Origin: an uncultured delta proteobacterium
Lineage (GTDB): Bacteria > Myxococcota_A > Polyangia > Polyangiales > B10-G4
Reading direction: 5' to 3'
Assembly (NCBI GenBank): GCA_963727445.1
Contig: CAVSGI010000010.1
Coordinates: 96,001 to 160,000 of the forward strand
DNA: 64,000 bases
The notes under the pieces were generated by a model. That model ran no database searches. It saw only the letters and a program-made list of their open reading frames with translations, and had not been told where the DNA came from. Each line of letters opens with the position of its first letter. Position 1 is the first letter of the stretch. Positions 29,200 through 41,685 of the stretch are shown piece after piece. Made by a program: the position numbers and the translations under genes.

Positions 29200-30027
29200 G
29201 TGACTCGCGTGAAGTGGACGCCGACAGCTCTCCCCCTCGTGCTCGCCCTCTGGGCGGCGGCGTGCGGGGGAGACGACGGTCATGGGGACGCCTCCGTCGA
29301 CACGGGCACCATGGACGGGACCACCATCGTCGATGGGGGTAGGACCGACAGCGGTACTCCGGGTGATGCCGGCCTGGACAGCGCGGTGCCCGACGCGGCG
29401 CCTCCTTCCTGCACCGGCGACTGCGATCCACGCGAGGGGGCTCCCTGCGGGGATGCTGGCGTCTGCGCGCTGGTCGCCGACGCGCCGATGTGCGCCGAGG
29501 CGCTGGGCACCAAGGCCGCCGGTGCCACCTGCGAGGCGGTGAGCGACTGCCTGCCGGGGCTCGCGTGCTTCATGCGTGCCGGCGGTGGCGTCTGTGCCGA
29601 CGTTTGCTGTCCGAGCGACGGCGTGTGTCCCGGCGACCAGCACTGCACCGGCGCCGGCATCCTCGTCGACGGCACCGAGACCGAGTGGTGGTCCTGCGTC
29701 GGCCTGCGCACCTGCGACGTCCTGCGGCCGGCCGAGGCCTGCGAGCGAGGGGAGGGCTGTTACATCGTCTCGACCGAGGGCGACACGGACTGCTTGCGTG
29801 CAGGAGCGGGAGAGGCGGGCGCCGATTGCGTCGATCAGAACGATTGCGCCTCCGGGTACTTTTGCGCGGGTGTCACCGTCGGGACCTGCGCGCGCATCTG
29901 CGAGATCGGCGCGACCAGTGGGCCGAGGGCCTGCCCCGATGGCGAGGGGAACTGCCAGGCGTATCCCTACTCGCCGGAGGGCACGGGTGTCTGCACGCGC
30001 GCCACGTCGGCGATGATGTTCAGATGA
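29200..30027 (+). CDS. Cys-rich lipoprotein, apparent paralog of the upstream gene
   Basis: Lipobox AAAC; similar Cys pattern including CxxxCCP. Confidence 0.85.
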   Translation: MTRVKWTPTALPLVLALWAAACGGDDGHGDASVDTGTMDGTTIVDGGRTDSGTPGDAGLDSAVPDAAPPSCTGDCDPREGAPCGDAGVCALVADAPMCAEALGTKAAGATCEAVSDCLPGLACFMRAGGGVCADVCCPSDGVCPGDQHCTGAGILVDGTETEWWSCVGLRTCDVLRPAEACERGEGCYIVSTEGDTDCLRAGAGEAGADCVDQNDCASGYFCAGVTVGTCARICEIGATSGPRACPDGEGNCQAYPYSPEGTGVCTRATSAMMFR

Positions 30028-30730
30028 GCGCGACGAAGCGCGCGAGGAGCTGAGCGCCCGCGGGCGTCTCCTGCACCGCCGCCGCCAGTCCTTCGGGGTC
30101 GCCGCCCTCGCCGCGAATCAGGTCGGCGCGCCGTTCGATGTACGTTCGGATCGCTTCAGCGTCGAACTCCGGATGAAACTGCACCGCCCACGCCCGGTCG
30201 CCGTAACGGAACGCGTGGTTTTCGTCCAAGGCGGCCGAGGCGAGGCGCGTGGCGCCTTCCGGCGGCCGCACGACGACCTGGCGATGGGTCGCCTGGAAAC
30301 GAACGGGTGAGTCGAAGACGCCGAGGAGCGGGTCGCGCCGCCCCTCATCGGTGAGCGTCACCTCGATGGTGCCGATCCGACGGCCTCTGGGGTTGTCGCC
30401 CACCTCTCCGCCGAGAGCGTCGGCCAGGAGCTGATGCCCATAGCAGATCGCCAGCACCGGCGCGCCGCGGGAAACGACGCGCGAGAGGAGCGCTCCGGCG
30501 GCGACGCTCCAGGGCTCCCGATCGGTGACCATCGCCGCCGAGCCGGTGACCACCATCGCTTCGATGGAGTCGGCGCTCGGCAGCGCGGACGCGCGCATCG
30601 CGTCGACCGTGAGCACGTCCTGCTCGGCCACGCCCAGGCCCCGCGTGATCCAACGCTCGTAGTCACCCCGTAGGCTGGCCACGTCCTCGAACGTCGATCC
30701 GGTCTTGAGGATCACGATGCGGCGACGCAC
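30020..30730 (-). CDS. Class I glutamine amidotransferase
   Basis: VTGS, ICYGHQ and QFHPE catalytic motifs; GTG start. Confidence 0.9.
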   Translation of the reverse strand: MRRRIVILKTGSTFEDVASLRGDYERWITRGLGVAEQDVLTVDAMRASALPSADSIEAMVVTGSAAMVTDREPWSVAAGALLSRVVSRGAPVLAICYGHQLLADALGGEVGDNPRGRRIGTIEVTLTDEGRRDPLLGVFDSPVRFQATHRQVVVRPPEGATRLASAALDENHAFRYGDRAWAVQFHPEFDAEAIRTYIERRADLIRGEGGDPEGLAAAVQETPAGAQLLARFVALI

Positions 30731-30752
30731 GCATGAATGATACAAGAAGCCG

Positions 30753-31031
30753 ATGGCCGCCGCCGCCTGCCAGAACCACCTCGATCGGGAGGCGATCGGC
30801 GTGTGCATCAAGTGTCGCAGCCGCATCTGCAGCGAGTGCGTGACCAAGGTGGACGGAATCAACTACTGCGTCACCTGCTACGCCCGGCTGGCGGGCCACG
30901 ACGCCGAGCAGCGAAAGAAGAAGCGCTTCGTCTTTCCCGAGGCCCTCGCCCCGGCCGCGGCCATCACCTGGCTCTTCGCGCTCACGCTCTTCGCCTGGGG
31001 TCTGCTCGAGATCGCCCTGAGGAGCGGCTGA
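30753..31031 (+). CDS. Small B-box-like Zn-finger protein with C-terminal TM
   Basis: CxxH..CxxC..CxxC..CxxC then a hydrophobic tail; abuts the next gene. Confidence 0.75.
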   Translation: MAAAACQNHLDREAIGVCIKCRSRICSECVTKVDGINYCVTCYARLAGHDAEQRKKKRFVFPEALAPAAAITWLFALTLFAWGLLEIALRSG

Positions 31032-32666
31032 ATGCGGCGGAGCCCCGGCGGCGATGGGCCTCTCTCGGCCATCGACACCACCTTCGCGCTCTTGAGGGGA
31101 GGCGACCTCCGTCTGTGGCTGCTGCCCATCACCGGCGGCCTGATCGCGGCGGCGCCGATCCTCGCCACCTTCTACTTCGAGCGCGTCGAGGGGCTGTCGC
31201 AGCTTCGGCCGCTGTTGGCGGCGGCGGTGGTGCTGGGGCTCGTGGGCCGGGCGCTCCTCGCCGCGCCGGCGGCGCGCCTCGGCGCGCATCAGCTCTGGCC
31301 CACGCTGCCGATCCCCGAGGGCGGGGGACGGACGATCGACGTGATTCGCACCGCCTCGGTCGTGACGCTCGGACTCTTCGGCTACCTCTTCGTGCTCGCG
31401 ACCGCGGCGCTGATCTCGCCGCTCTTCGCCCTCTTCGTGTCGCCCATCCTCATCTTTCGCGGTCTGTGGGCGCGGTCGTGGATCGCCCAGGCCGCCATCG
31501 CCGACGAAGGCGGCGTCTCGGTGTTGCTGAGGGCCCTCGCTGACGCGAGCGGGCGCCGCGTGCGTGGAGTCCTGGTCGAGCTGCTCCTCTTCCTCGGCAC
31601 CGCCGGCCTGGCGATCAACCTCTACCTCACCATGGCCATCCTGCTCCTGCTGCTCCGCTCGCTCCTCGGGCTGGATCTGGCGTCGGTGGATGCGTTCCTG
31701 TCGCTCCGCAACCCCATCGTGGGCGCCTCGATTCTCGTCTTGTCGGTCGTGCTCCTCGAGCCTCTGCGGGTGGGGCTGTCGGCCTACGCCTACGTCGATG
31801 CGCGCGTGCGAAAGGAGGGGCTCGACCTCCGCGCCGCGATCGACGACGCGGTGGGGGCGAGTGAGCGACGCCGGCGCGCGGAGGCTCCATCGGGCGCGGG
31901 CCTCGCGGCGGCCCTGCTCCTCGCCGTGCTCGGCGCGTCGGGCATGGCCCGCGCCCAGACGTCCGAGCCCGTGACTCCTACAGAGGAGACGCCCGGCGAG
32001 AGCGCCAGCGACCAGGCGGTGCGCGAGGACGTCACGCGCATCCTCGCCCGACCGGAGTTCGTCGAGCTCGCGAGCGACGACGGTCCCGACCTGGACGTGT
32101 TTCTTCGCCGACTCCTCGAGTGGCTCTTCGAGCATGCCTCCGAGCGGGGGGCGAACCCCTCCCCCTCCTTCTCACTGCCGATGCCCCCCAGCTGGCTCTT
32201 CCTGGTGCTGGGGGGGCTCCTCCTCGCGGTGGTCGTCGTCTATCTCGTCGTCACCCGCAGCACCAAGCGCACGAAGAAGAAGGCGCGCGCCGGTCCCGAA
32301 GTGGAGCCGAGCGAGGACCCGCGAGAGCGTGCCCCCGAGGCGCACCTCGACGACGCCGCCATCCTCGCGGGGCAGGGGCGATTCCGCGACGCCTTGCGCT
32401 CGCTCTACCTCGCCACGCTGGTCGCGCTCGATCGCCGGCGGTTGATCACCTTCGATCCTTCGCGCACCAATTGGCACTATCTCGGTCAGCTCCCCAACGG
32501 CCCGGGGCGTCTCGACTTCTCGCGCTTCACCGAGCTCTTCGACTACAAGTGGTACGGAGAGGAGCCGACCACCGAGGCGGACTATCGCGAGTGTCGCGCG
32601 CTCGCCGACCGCATCGTGCAATCGGGTTCCGCGTCGCAGTCCTCGGTGCCGTCGGGGGCGCCGTGA
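31032..32666 (+). CDS. Multi-pass membrane protein with C-terminal DUF4129 domain
   Basis: ALRSLYLATL, SRTNWHY, FDYKWYG; MoxR operon context. Confidence 0.8.
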   Translation: MRRSPGGDGPLSAIDTTFALLRGGDLRLWLLPITGGLIAAAPILATFYFERVEGLSQLRPLLAAAVVLGLVGRALLAAPAARLGAHQLWPTLPIPEGGGRTIDVIRTASVVTLGLFGYLFVLATAALISPLFALFVSPILIFRGLWARSWIAQAAIADEGGVSVLLRALADASGRRVRGVLVELLLFLGTAGLAINLYLTMAILLLLLRSLLGLDLASVDAFLSLRNPIVGASILVLSVVLLEPLRVGLSAYAYVDARVRKEGLDLRAAIDDAVGASERRRRAEAPSGAGLAAALLLAVLGASGMARAQTSEPVTPTEETPGESASDQAVREDVTRILARPEFVELASDDGPDLDVFLRRLLEWLFEHASERGANPSPSFSLPMPPSWLFLVLGGLLLAVVVVYLVVTRSTKRTKKKARAGPEVEPSEDPRERAPEAHLDDAAILAGQGRFRDALRSLYLATLVALDRRRLITFDPSRTNWHYLGQLPNGPGRLDFSRFTELFDYKWYGEEPTTEADYRECRALADRIVQSGSASQSSVPSGAP

Positions 32667-33970
32667 GCCGGAACGCGATGCGGATCGTGGTGGCGTCGGT
32701 CGTGCTCCTCGGGCTCGGCGGCTCGGGCCTCGTCTGCCAGCGCGTCTTCGCCCGCGGTCGCTACGCCGTTCCCTACTCGACCTACGGCGCCGGTCCCGAA
32801 GGAGCCAAGGCGCTCTACCTCTATTCGGAAGAAGCCGGCCTCATGTCTCGCCGTTGGGTGCAGGACCTCGAAGGCCTCCCGCCGCACGCCATGGTGGTCG
32901 CGATCGGCGGCTGCGATCAGGCCCCCAACAGGCGGCTGTCGCGGTACGAGATCGCCGAGCTCGATCGCTTCGTCGACGCGGGGGGCGTGCTCCTCGTCGC
33001 CGGCGCCTACGACTACTTGTGGGCCGACGCCGGGGTCACGTTGAAGCCGCCGCCCGGCTGCTCCGTCACCGCGAGCCTCGCCGCCCAGCTCGCACGTGCG
33101 GAGCGGGGTGACGACGCCGGCGACGAGTCCGACGAGGACGGCGCCGCGAGCCACGAGCCGACCCCGGCGGAGATGGTCTCGGCGATCCTGGACGAGCCCC
33201 CCGAGGAGCCGCCGGTGATGGTCCAGGGCGAAGGCCTCCTCTCGGGCCTCGGGCCGCTTCCCCTCGAACGACCCGGCACCATCGCCGTGACCGACGCGGA
33301 GGGAGGCGGCGTCGACCCGATCCTGGTCAGTGAAAAGGACGCGGAGCCCGCCGCCGTGCTCGTGCACCGGGGCGAAGGCGCCATCGTCGTCCTCGCGTCG
33401 GCGAGCCTCTTTCAAAATCGTGCGCTCAGCGCTGCCGACGGCGGCGTGGTCTTCGCGCGCCTGGCCCGGGCTCTGGCTCCTCAGGGGCCCCTGCTCTTCG
33501 ACGAGTATCACCTCGGGGTGGGCGAGCGGCGGTCCCTCGGCCGCTACGTCCGCGACATCGGCGGCGGACCCTTCGTCTTGCAGCTCCTGATCGTCGTCGC
33601 CCTCGCGCTCCTCGCCCTCGGCGTGCGTTTCGGACGCCCGATCGAAAAGCGCGCGCCCGTCCCGGGAGGGACCGCTTCGTACGTGGAGGGCGTCGGCGAT
33701 CTCTACGCGCGCACGGATGATGCGCGCGCGGCGCTTTCATTGGTGGCGGTGCAGGGGATTTCGGAGATCGCGGCCCATCACCACCTGACACAGCTCTCGC
33801 CCGAACGGCTCGTCGCCACGTTGGCGGAGCGCGGCGACGACGAGGCCGCAGGCGCCGTGAGCCGGCTGCTGGAACTGACCGCGCTTTCCGAGCTGAAGGG
33901 CCGAAAGCTGGTCGAGGGCATCGGCGAGGTGGACGATCTCGTGACGCTCGCGAAAGGGAACAGAGGATGA
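32663..33970 (+). CDS. DUF4350 domain protein
   Basis: [31 protein letters not shown] overlap with the previous gene. Confidence 0.8.
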   Translation: MSRNAMRIVVASVVLLGLGGSGLVCQRVFARGRYAVPYSTYGAGPEGAKALYLYSEEAGLMSRRWVQDLEGLPPHAMVVAIGGCDQAPNRRLSRYEIAELDRFVDAGGVLLVAGAYDYLWADAGVTLKPPPGCSVTASLAAQLARAERGDDAGDESDEDGAASHEPTPAEMVSAILDEPPEEPPVMVQGEGLLSGLGPLPLERPGTIAVTDAEGGGVDPILVSEKDAEPAAVLVHRGEGAIVVLASASLFQNRALSAADGGVVFARLARALAPQGPLLFDEYHLGVGERRSLGRYVRDIGGGPFVLQLLIVVALALLALGVRFGRPIEKRAPVPGGTASYVEGVGDLYARTDDARAALSLVAVQGISEIAAHHHLTQLSPERLVATLAERGDDEAAGAVSRLLELTALSELKGRKLVEGIGEVDDLVTLAKGNRG

Positions 33971-34956
33971 GTGAGCATCAGAGTGCGCCGGTCACCGAGG
34001 CGGAGGTCGCCGAGCTTCGGGCGCTTCGCGACGCGGTGATGACGGAGGTGCGGAAGATCGTGGTGGGCCAGGACCAGGCCCTCGAAGGCCTCTTGATCGC
34101 GTTGATCGCGCAGGGCCACGCGCTCCTCGAGGGTGTCCCCGGAACGGCCAAGACCCTGATGGTCCGGGCGGTGGCCGCGGCCCTGGGGCTCGACTTCGGT
34201 CGCATCCAGTTCACGCCCGACCTGATGCCCTCGGACGTCATCGGCACCAACGTCTTCGATCTGGCGAACGCGCGCTTTCGGCTCACGCGGGGACCGATCT
34301 TCACCGAGCTCCTGTTGGCGGACGAGATCAACCGCGCCCCGGCCAAGACGCAGAGCGCGCTCCTCGAAGCGATGCAGGAGCGTCAGGTGTCGATCGACGG
34401 TGACCGGCACGAGCTCAGCCAGGACTTCACGGTCTTCGCCACCCAGAATCCGGTGGAGCAGGAGGGGACCTATCCGCTCCCGGAGGCGCAGCTCGACCGC
34501 TTCCTGCTCAAGATCCAGGTCGATTACCCGAGCGCCGAGGAGGAGGACCGGATCCTGGAGGGCGGCGCCGCGGGCATCGGCTCGGTGGACGTGCTCTCTG
34601 CGGGCCTCAGGCCGGTCGGCACCCGTGAAGCGGTGCATCGCGCACGCACCATCGCGGGGCGGGTTCGGGTAGAGGAAGACGTGCGGCGCTACGTGCGCGA
34701 CATCGTCCGGGCCACGCGGACTTCGCCGATGATCCTCCTCGGCGCCGGCCCCCGCGCCGGGATCCACCTGATGGTCACGGCCCGCTGCGTGGCGGCGCTC
34801 GAGGGGCGCGCCTTCGTCACGCCCGACGACGTCGTTCGCATGCTCACCCCGGTGGTCTGTCACCGACTCATCCTGGCGCCCGAGGTCGAGCTGGACGGAA
34901 TGAGCGCGGCCGAGGTGGTGGACCGCATCTCCTCCACGGTGGAGGTTCCGCGTTGA
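33967..34956 (+). CDS. moxR: MoxR-family AAA+ ATPase
   Basis: [49 protein letters not shown]. Confidence 0.95.
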   Translation: MSEHQSAPVTEAEVAELRALRDAVMTEVRKIVVGQDQALEGLLIALIAQGHALLEGVPGTAKTLMVRAVAAALGLDFGRIQFTPDLMPSDVIGTNVFDLANARFRLTRGPIFTELLLADEINRAPAKTQSALLEAMQERQVSIDGDRHELSQDFTVFATQNPVEQEGTYPLPEAQLDRFLLKIQVDYPSAEEEDRILEGGAAGIGSVDVLSAGLRPVGTREAVHRARTIAGRVRVEEDVRRYVRDIVRATRTSPMILLGAGPRAGIHLMVTARCVAALEGRAFVTPDDVVRMLTPVVCHRLILAPEVELDGMSAAEVVDRISSTVEVPR

Positions 34957-36295
34957 AGAAGCGCGTGCGCTGGGCGCTGGGCCGGCGCCTCCCGCTCCTC
35001 GCGGGGCTGGGGCTTCCTGTCGCGCTCCTCGACGGGGGCTCGGGCCTCGGCCTGCTCACCGCGCTGGCCTTCGACGGCGCGCTCATCCTCGGCGCGGCCG
35101 CTGAAGCGCGCCGGCTCGCGCGTCGTGCGCCCGAGATCGAGCGCGACATCGGCGGGCGGTTGGTGGTGGGCATCCCCAACGAGATCGGCATCGAGCTTCA
35201 CAACCCGACCGCCCAGAGCGTGACCCTGCGCATTAGAGACGACCTGCCCGCGGGCTGGGAAGCGGAGCCGTCTGAGCTGGCGATCACCATGCCGCCGCAT
35301 GCGCGGCGGCGGCTGAGCTACACCGTCGTTCCCCCCGAGCGCGGCCGCGTGGAGCTCGGCGACCTGCACGTGCGCATCGACGGGCGAGCCCGACTCGGGG
35401 CCGCGATCATCGACACGGAGGCGCGCGCAGAGGCGCGCGTCTATCCGAACATCCTCGGCGCCCAGCGCTACGAGCTCGCGGCGCACCTCGGCGACCTGAG
35501 ACACGTCGGATTCCGCGAGATCCGCCGCGCCGGTGGCGGAGGCGAGTTCGAGCAGCTCCGCGAGTACGTCGACGGCGACTCCCTGAGGGACATCGACTGG
35601 AAGTCCACCGCGAAGCGCCGGCGGCCCATCACCCGCACCTATCAGCAGGAACGGAGCCAGCAGGTGATCGTCGCCCTGGACACGGGACGTCTGATGGCGA
35701 CGCGCCTGACCGACGAGTCCGAGGGGAAGACCGCCATCTCCAAGCTCGACCACGCCATCAACGCTGCGCTGCTCATCGCCTGGGTCGCGCTCAAGAAGGG
35801 CGACCGGGTCGGGCTGATCGTCTTTTCCGACGTGGTGCATCGCTTCGTGCCGCCGAAGCGTGGGCCGGGTCAGTACCGCGCCATCCTCGAAGCGCTCTAC
35901 GACGCCAAGGCCTCGCCCACCTACGTGGATTTTCGGCGCCTGGTGGAGTTCGTGAAGCTCCGGGTTCCCAAGCGTGCGCTCTTGATGCTCTTCAGCGATC
36001 TGGTGGACGAGACGCAGGCCGGCGCCCTGGTCGAGCACGTGCCTCTGCTCCGGCGAAAGCACTTGCCGGTGTGCATCACCATGGAGGACCGGATCGCGCT
36101 CGACATCGCAGCGACACCGGTCACCTCGCGCGCCGGCGCCTACCGGCGGGCGGCGGCGGCCGACGTGCTCGCCGAGCGTCGGATGATCGAGGCGCGTCTC
36201 CGGAAGAACGCGATCGATCTGGTGGAGGCTCCTCCGGGTGGGCTCTCCATCGCGGCGGTCAACAAGTACCTGGAGATCAAGGCGAGGAATCGGCT

Positions 36296-36299
<4 letters not shown>
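34953..36299 (+). CDS. DUF58 (vWA-like) protein
   Basis: [27 protein letters not shown]; follows moxR. Confidence 0.92.
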
Positions 36300-38151
<1,852 letters not shown>

Positions 38152-38261
38152 GCGGGAAACTTATCACCCCCCAGGGCGTCGGACAGCACGGGGTTTTGCC
38201 CCGCCCAATTGCGCCGATGCTCAGGTGGTCACAGCAAGAGATGGCTCTACAATCACCGGCG

Positions 38262-41213
38262 ATGACGACCCGCCGTATTTTCTTCGTCGCCAGCCTCTGC
38301 TTCGCGCTCAGCTGCGGCGGCTCGCAGAGCGCCACGCACAATTCCGGCGAAGGGGAAGGGCCCGAGACCGCCCAGAACGAAGGGACTGAGGACGTCCACG
38401 GCCACGGCGAGACCATCCTTCCCGCCCTCGATCCGGACTCCCTGGCCGAGGAGGTGGAGAGACCGCCCGCGCACGAAGGGCCGGCGCCGTCGATCGCGAC
38501 CCTCGACGAGGCCGAAGAGGCGCTCTCCCACGGGTGGTACGCGGAGACCGAGCGCTTTCTTCGAGGCGCTCTGAACGGCTCCGAGGCGGCGCGCGCGCAC
38601 ATGAGCCTGGCCCACGTGCTCCTCGAGACCGGGCGCTACGAGGAGGCGGAGCGTGAAGCCGGTGAAGCGGCGCGGAGCGCGCCCCTGCGTGTGGAGGCGG
38701 AGACGCTGAAAGGCGAGGCGCTCTCGCTGCGCGGCCGCCTCGACGACGCGGAGCGCGTCCTCGGCGCCATCGCGCGCGAGCCGGGCGCCCATCGGGCCAA
38801 CGCGCTCCTCGGCCGGCTTCTGCTTCGCCGCGGCCGTTCGGTGGAAGCGCAGCCGGTCTTCATGCGGCTGATCAACGCCTACAACGACAGGAGCATCGGG
38901 GACGACGACGCAGCGGGGCTTTCCTACGTGGCCATCGCGGCTTGGGGGCTCGGGAGCTTTCAGGACGCGAACGACGCGTTCCGCGATTCGGCGCGCGCCG
39001 ACCCCCATCGCGTCGAGACGCAGATCGAGTGGGCGGCGATGTTCCTCGAGAAGTACGACGCCGGCCACGCCGAAGAGAGCATTCGCGATGCCTTCGCCCA
39101 GAACCCCAACTCGGCGCGCGCACACGCGCTGATGGCGCGGATTCGGATCGAGCAGCGCTTCGACTTCGCGGCGGCGACTGCGTACTCCGAGCGCGCGCTC
39201 GAGATCGACCCGGGCCTCACCATGCCGCACGTGACGCTGGCGGGCATGTCGCTCCGCGACATGGACTTCACGGGGGCCGACGAGCAACTGGATCAGGCGC
39301 TGGCGATCGATCCGAACGACCTCGAGGCGCTCTCGGTGCGGGGGGCGGTGCGCTTCCTCGCGGACGACACGCCGGGCTTCGAAGCGGCCAAGCGCGAGGT
39401 GTTCGCGCGCAACCGCACCTTCAGCCGCTTCTACACCATCGTCGCCGAGTACGCCGACTGGGAGCACCGCTATCCGGAGATCGTGTCGATGGCCCGCGAG
39501 GCTGTCGCGCTCAATCCCTCCGATGCCTTCGCCCACGCCACCCTCGGGCTGAACCTGCTCCGCATGGGCGACGAAGAAGCGGGCCTCGCGGCGCTTCGTG
39601 ACGCGTGGCAGCGCGATCACTTCAACGTTCACGTCTACAACACGCTCAACCTCTACGACGACGTCATCGCGCACGAGTACGAGAGCTTCCAGGCGGCGCC
39701 CTTCACCTTTCGGATGAACAAAGAGGAGCGCCCGCTCCTCGAGCACCTGGTGCCGCCGACGCTCCAGGGCGCCTACCGCGACATGGTGCGGCGTTATCAC
39801 TTCACGCCGCGCGGGCCATTGCGCATCGAGCTCTTCGCCAATCCTCAGCACTTCGCCATCCGCACCACCGGGCTTCCCAATCTGGGCGTGCAGGGAGTCT
39901 GCTTCGGCAAGGTGGTCACCGCCCTGTCGCCCCGTGGCGGGCAGTTCAACTGGGGGCAGATCACCTGGCACGAGCTGGCCCACATCTTTCACATCCAGCT
40001 CAGCCACAACCACGTGCCGCGCTGGTTCACGGAGGGGCTCGCCGAGTACGAGACGATCATCGCGCGCCCCGAGTGGCGCCGCGAAGAGGACCACAACCTC
40101 TATCGAGCGATCACCTCGGGGAGCCTGCCCCCGCTTCGGCTGATGAACCGCGCGTTCACCCATGCGCGCTCTGCGCAGGACATGATGAACGCCTACTACG
40201 CGAGCTCTCAGGTCGTGAAGTACATCGCGGAGCACCACGGCTTCGACGACCTGGTCGCGATGTTGCGCGAGTGGGGCGCGGGGCGTCCCACGGCCGAGGT
40301 CGTTCAGCGCGCGCTCGGGATCAGCATCGACCAGCTCGACCGCGATTTCCGCGAAGACACGCTGAGGCGCCTGTCGGCGCGTGGAAGCGATTTCGGGGTG
40401 GACTTCGCCCAGTACCGCGACGTTCGCGGGCTCAACGAAGCCGCCGAGCAGAACCCGAACGACGCGGCGGCACAGGCCGCGCTCGCTGCGGGCCTCTTGG
40501 TGAGCGGTCAGATGGAGCAGGCCCAGGAGGCCGCCGGTCGCGCCATCGCGCACGACACCAACGAGCCGGTGGCGCGTTACGTGATGGCGATGATCGCCAT
40601 GAGCCAGGGCGACCCCGACGGGGCCGAGCAGCACCTGCGCGCCATCCTCGCCGGCGGCAAGGACGGCTACGACATTCGCGTCATGCTCGCGCGGGTCGCT
40701 GCCACGCGTCAGGACCAGGCGGGGATGCGCGACGAGCTCGAGGCCGCGACGCGCATCGATCCGGAGCGCGCGGAGGCCTGGCGGGGCCTTCTGGCATATG
40801 CCGAACGCGCATCGGATGACGCCCTCGCCGCGCGCGCCCTCGAGCGCGTGGCCCACATCGAGCAGCACGATCGCGGCGCGTGGGTCGCTTGGATCGACGT
40901 CTTGGCCGAGCAGCAGAAGTGGCAGGAGCTCGCCGCCGAGGCCGAGAGCGCGCAGTTCGTCGCGCCGGAGAGCACCGACGTCCATCGCCTGCTCGGCGTG
41001 GCGCGCCTCGAGCTCGGCCAGCCGGAGCAGGCGCTCGCCGCCTTCGACCTCGCCCTCCTCACCTCGCCGGAGCACCCGGGGCCGATCCACATGGGGCGCG
41101 CGCGCGCCCTCGCGGCGCTCCACCGGACGGCGGAAGCGCGGCGCGCCGTCGAGGAAGCGGTGCGCCACGACGCGAGCCTGGCCGATCAGGCGCCGGATCT
41201 CGGCGGCCATTGA
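38262..41213 (+). CDS. TPR-repeat lipoprotein with gluzincin (peptidase MA-like) domain
   Basis: Signal TRRIFF..FALSC; HELAH followed by PRWFTEGLAEY; TPR-like helices on both sides. Confidence 0.88.
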   Translation: MTTRRIFFVASLCFALSCGGSQSATHNSGEGEGPETAQNEGTEDVHGHGETILPALDPDSLAEEVERPPAHEGPAPSIATLDEAEEALSHGWYAETERFLRGALNGSEAARAHMSLAHVLLETGRYEEAEREAGEAARSAPLRVEAETLKGEALSLRGRLDDAERVLGAIAREPGAHRANALLGRLLLRRGRSVEAQPVFMRLINAYNDRSIGDDDAAGLSYVAIAAWGLGSFQDANDAFRDSARADPHRVETQIEWAAMFLEKYDAGHAEESIRDAFAQNPNSARAHALMARIRIEQRFDFAAATAYSERALEIDPGLTMPHVTLAGMSLRDMDFTGADEQLDQALAIDPNDLEALSVRGAVRFLADDTPGFEAAKREVFARNRTFSRFYTIVAEYADWEHRYPEIVSMAREAVALNPSDAFAHATLGLNLLRMGDEEAGLAALRDAWQRDHFNVHVYNTLNLYDDVIAHEYESFQAAPFTFRMNKEERPLLEHLVPPTLQGAYRDMVRRYHFTPRGPLRIELFANPQHFAIRTTGLPNLGVQGVCFGKVVTALSPRGGQFNWGQITWHELAHIFHIQLSHNHVPRWFTEGLAEYETIIARPEWRREEDHNLYRAITSGSLPPLRLMNRAFTHARSAQDMMNAYYASSQVVKYIAEHHGFDDLVAMLREWGAGRPTAEVVQRALGISIDQLDRDFREDTLRRLSARGSDFGVDFAQYRDVRGLNEAAEQNPNDAAAQAALAAGLLVSGQMEQAQEAAGRAIAHDTNEPVARYVMAMIAMSQGDPDGAEQHLRAILAGGKDGYDIRVMLARVAATRQDQAGMRDELEAATRIDPERAEAWRGLLAYAERASDDALAARALERVAHIEQHDRGAWVAWIDVLAEQQKWQELAAEAESAQFVAPESTDVHRLLGVARLELGQPEQALAAFDLALLTSPEHPGPIHMGRARALAALHRTAEARRAVEEAVRHDASLADQAPDLGGH

Positions 41214-41216
41214 CGC

Positions 41217-41558
41217 GTGGAGGAGGCTGCCGAAGAGCTCCCGGAGTGTCTGAGCTGCGGCGCGTGCTGCTTTGCGGACCTGCCTCACTACGTGCGCGTC
41301 AGCGGCGACGACTATGCACGGCTCGGCGAAGACGCCGAGCGCCTCACCACCTGGCGTGAGAATCAGGCGTTCATGCGCATGGAGGCGGGGCACTGCGCGG
41401 CGCTCGCGCTCCGGCCAGGCGCCGCTCCCTTCGCCTGCACCGTTTACGAACGACGCCCCGCGATCTGTCGGCAACTCGAACGCGGAAGCCCCGCCTGCCG
41501 CGCCGAGCGCCACGCCAAGTCCACCCGCGCCCTCCACGTCTTGGGGACGCTAGATTGA
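41217..41558 (+). CDS. YkgJ-family cysteine cluster protein
   Basis: CLSCGACC..C..CTVYERRPAICR. Confidence 0.88.
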   Translation: MEEAAEELPECLSCGACCFADLPHYVRVSGDDYARLGEDAERLTTWRENQAFMRMEAGHCAALALRPGAAPFACTVYERRPAICRQLERGSPACRAERHAKSTRALHVLGTLD

Positions 41559-41685
41559 CAATTGACTTTCGCGAGCGGGCGCCTTGGGGACGATCTGCCG
41601 CGTTCGTTGGGGGCGAAAGTCAATTGTCAATCTAGCGTCCCCCCACCCGTTGGGGGCGAAAGTCAATTGTCAATCTAGCGTCCCC
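41543..41685. repeat. REP-like element: 30-bp unit in one forward copy (41543-41572) and two inverted copies (41613-41642, 41656-41685)
   Basis: ggggacgctagattgacaattgactttcgc and its exact reverse complement twice; the inverted copies lie in a 38-bp direct repeat of period 43. Confidence 0.92.

Noticed and set aside
41543..41685. Mini CRISPR array
   Set aside because: Only two direct copies separated by 5 bp plus an inverted copy; no spacers and no cas genes
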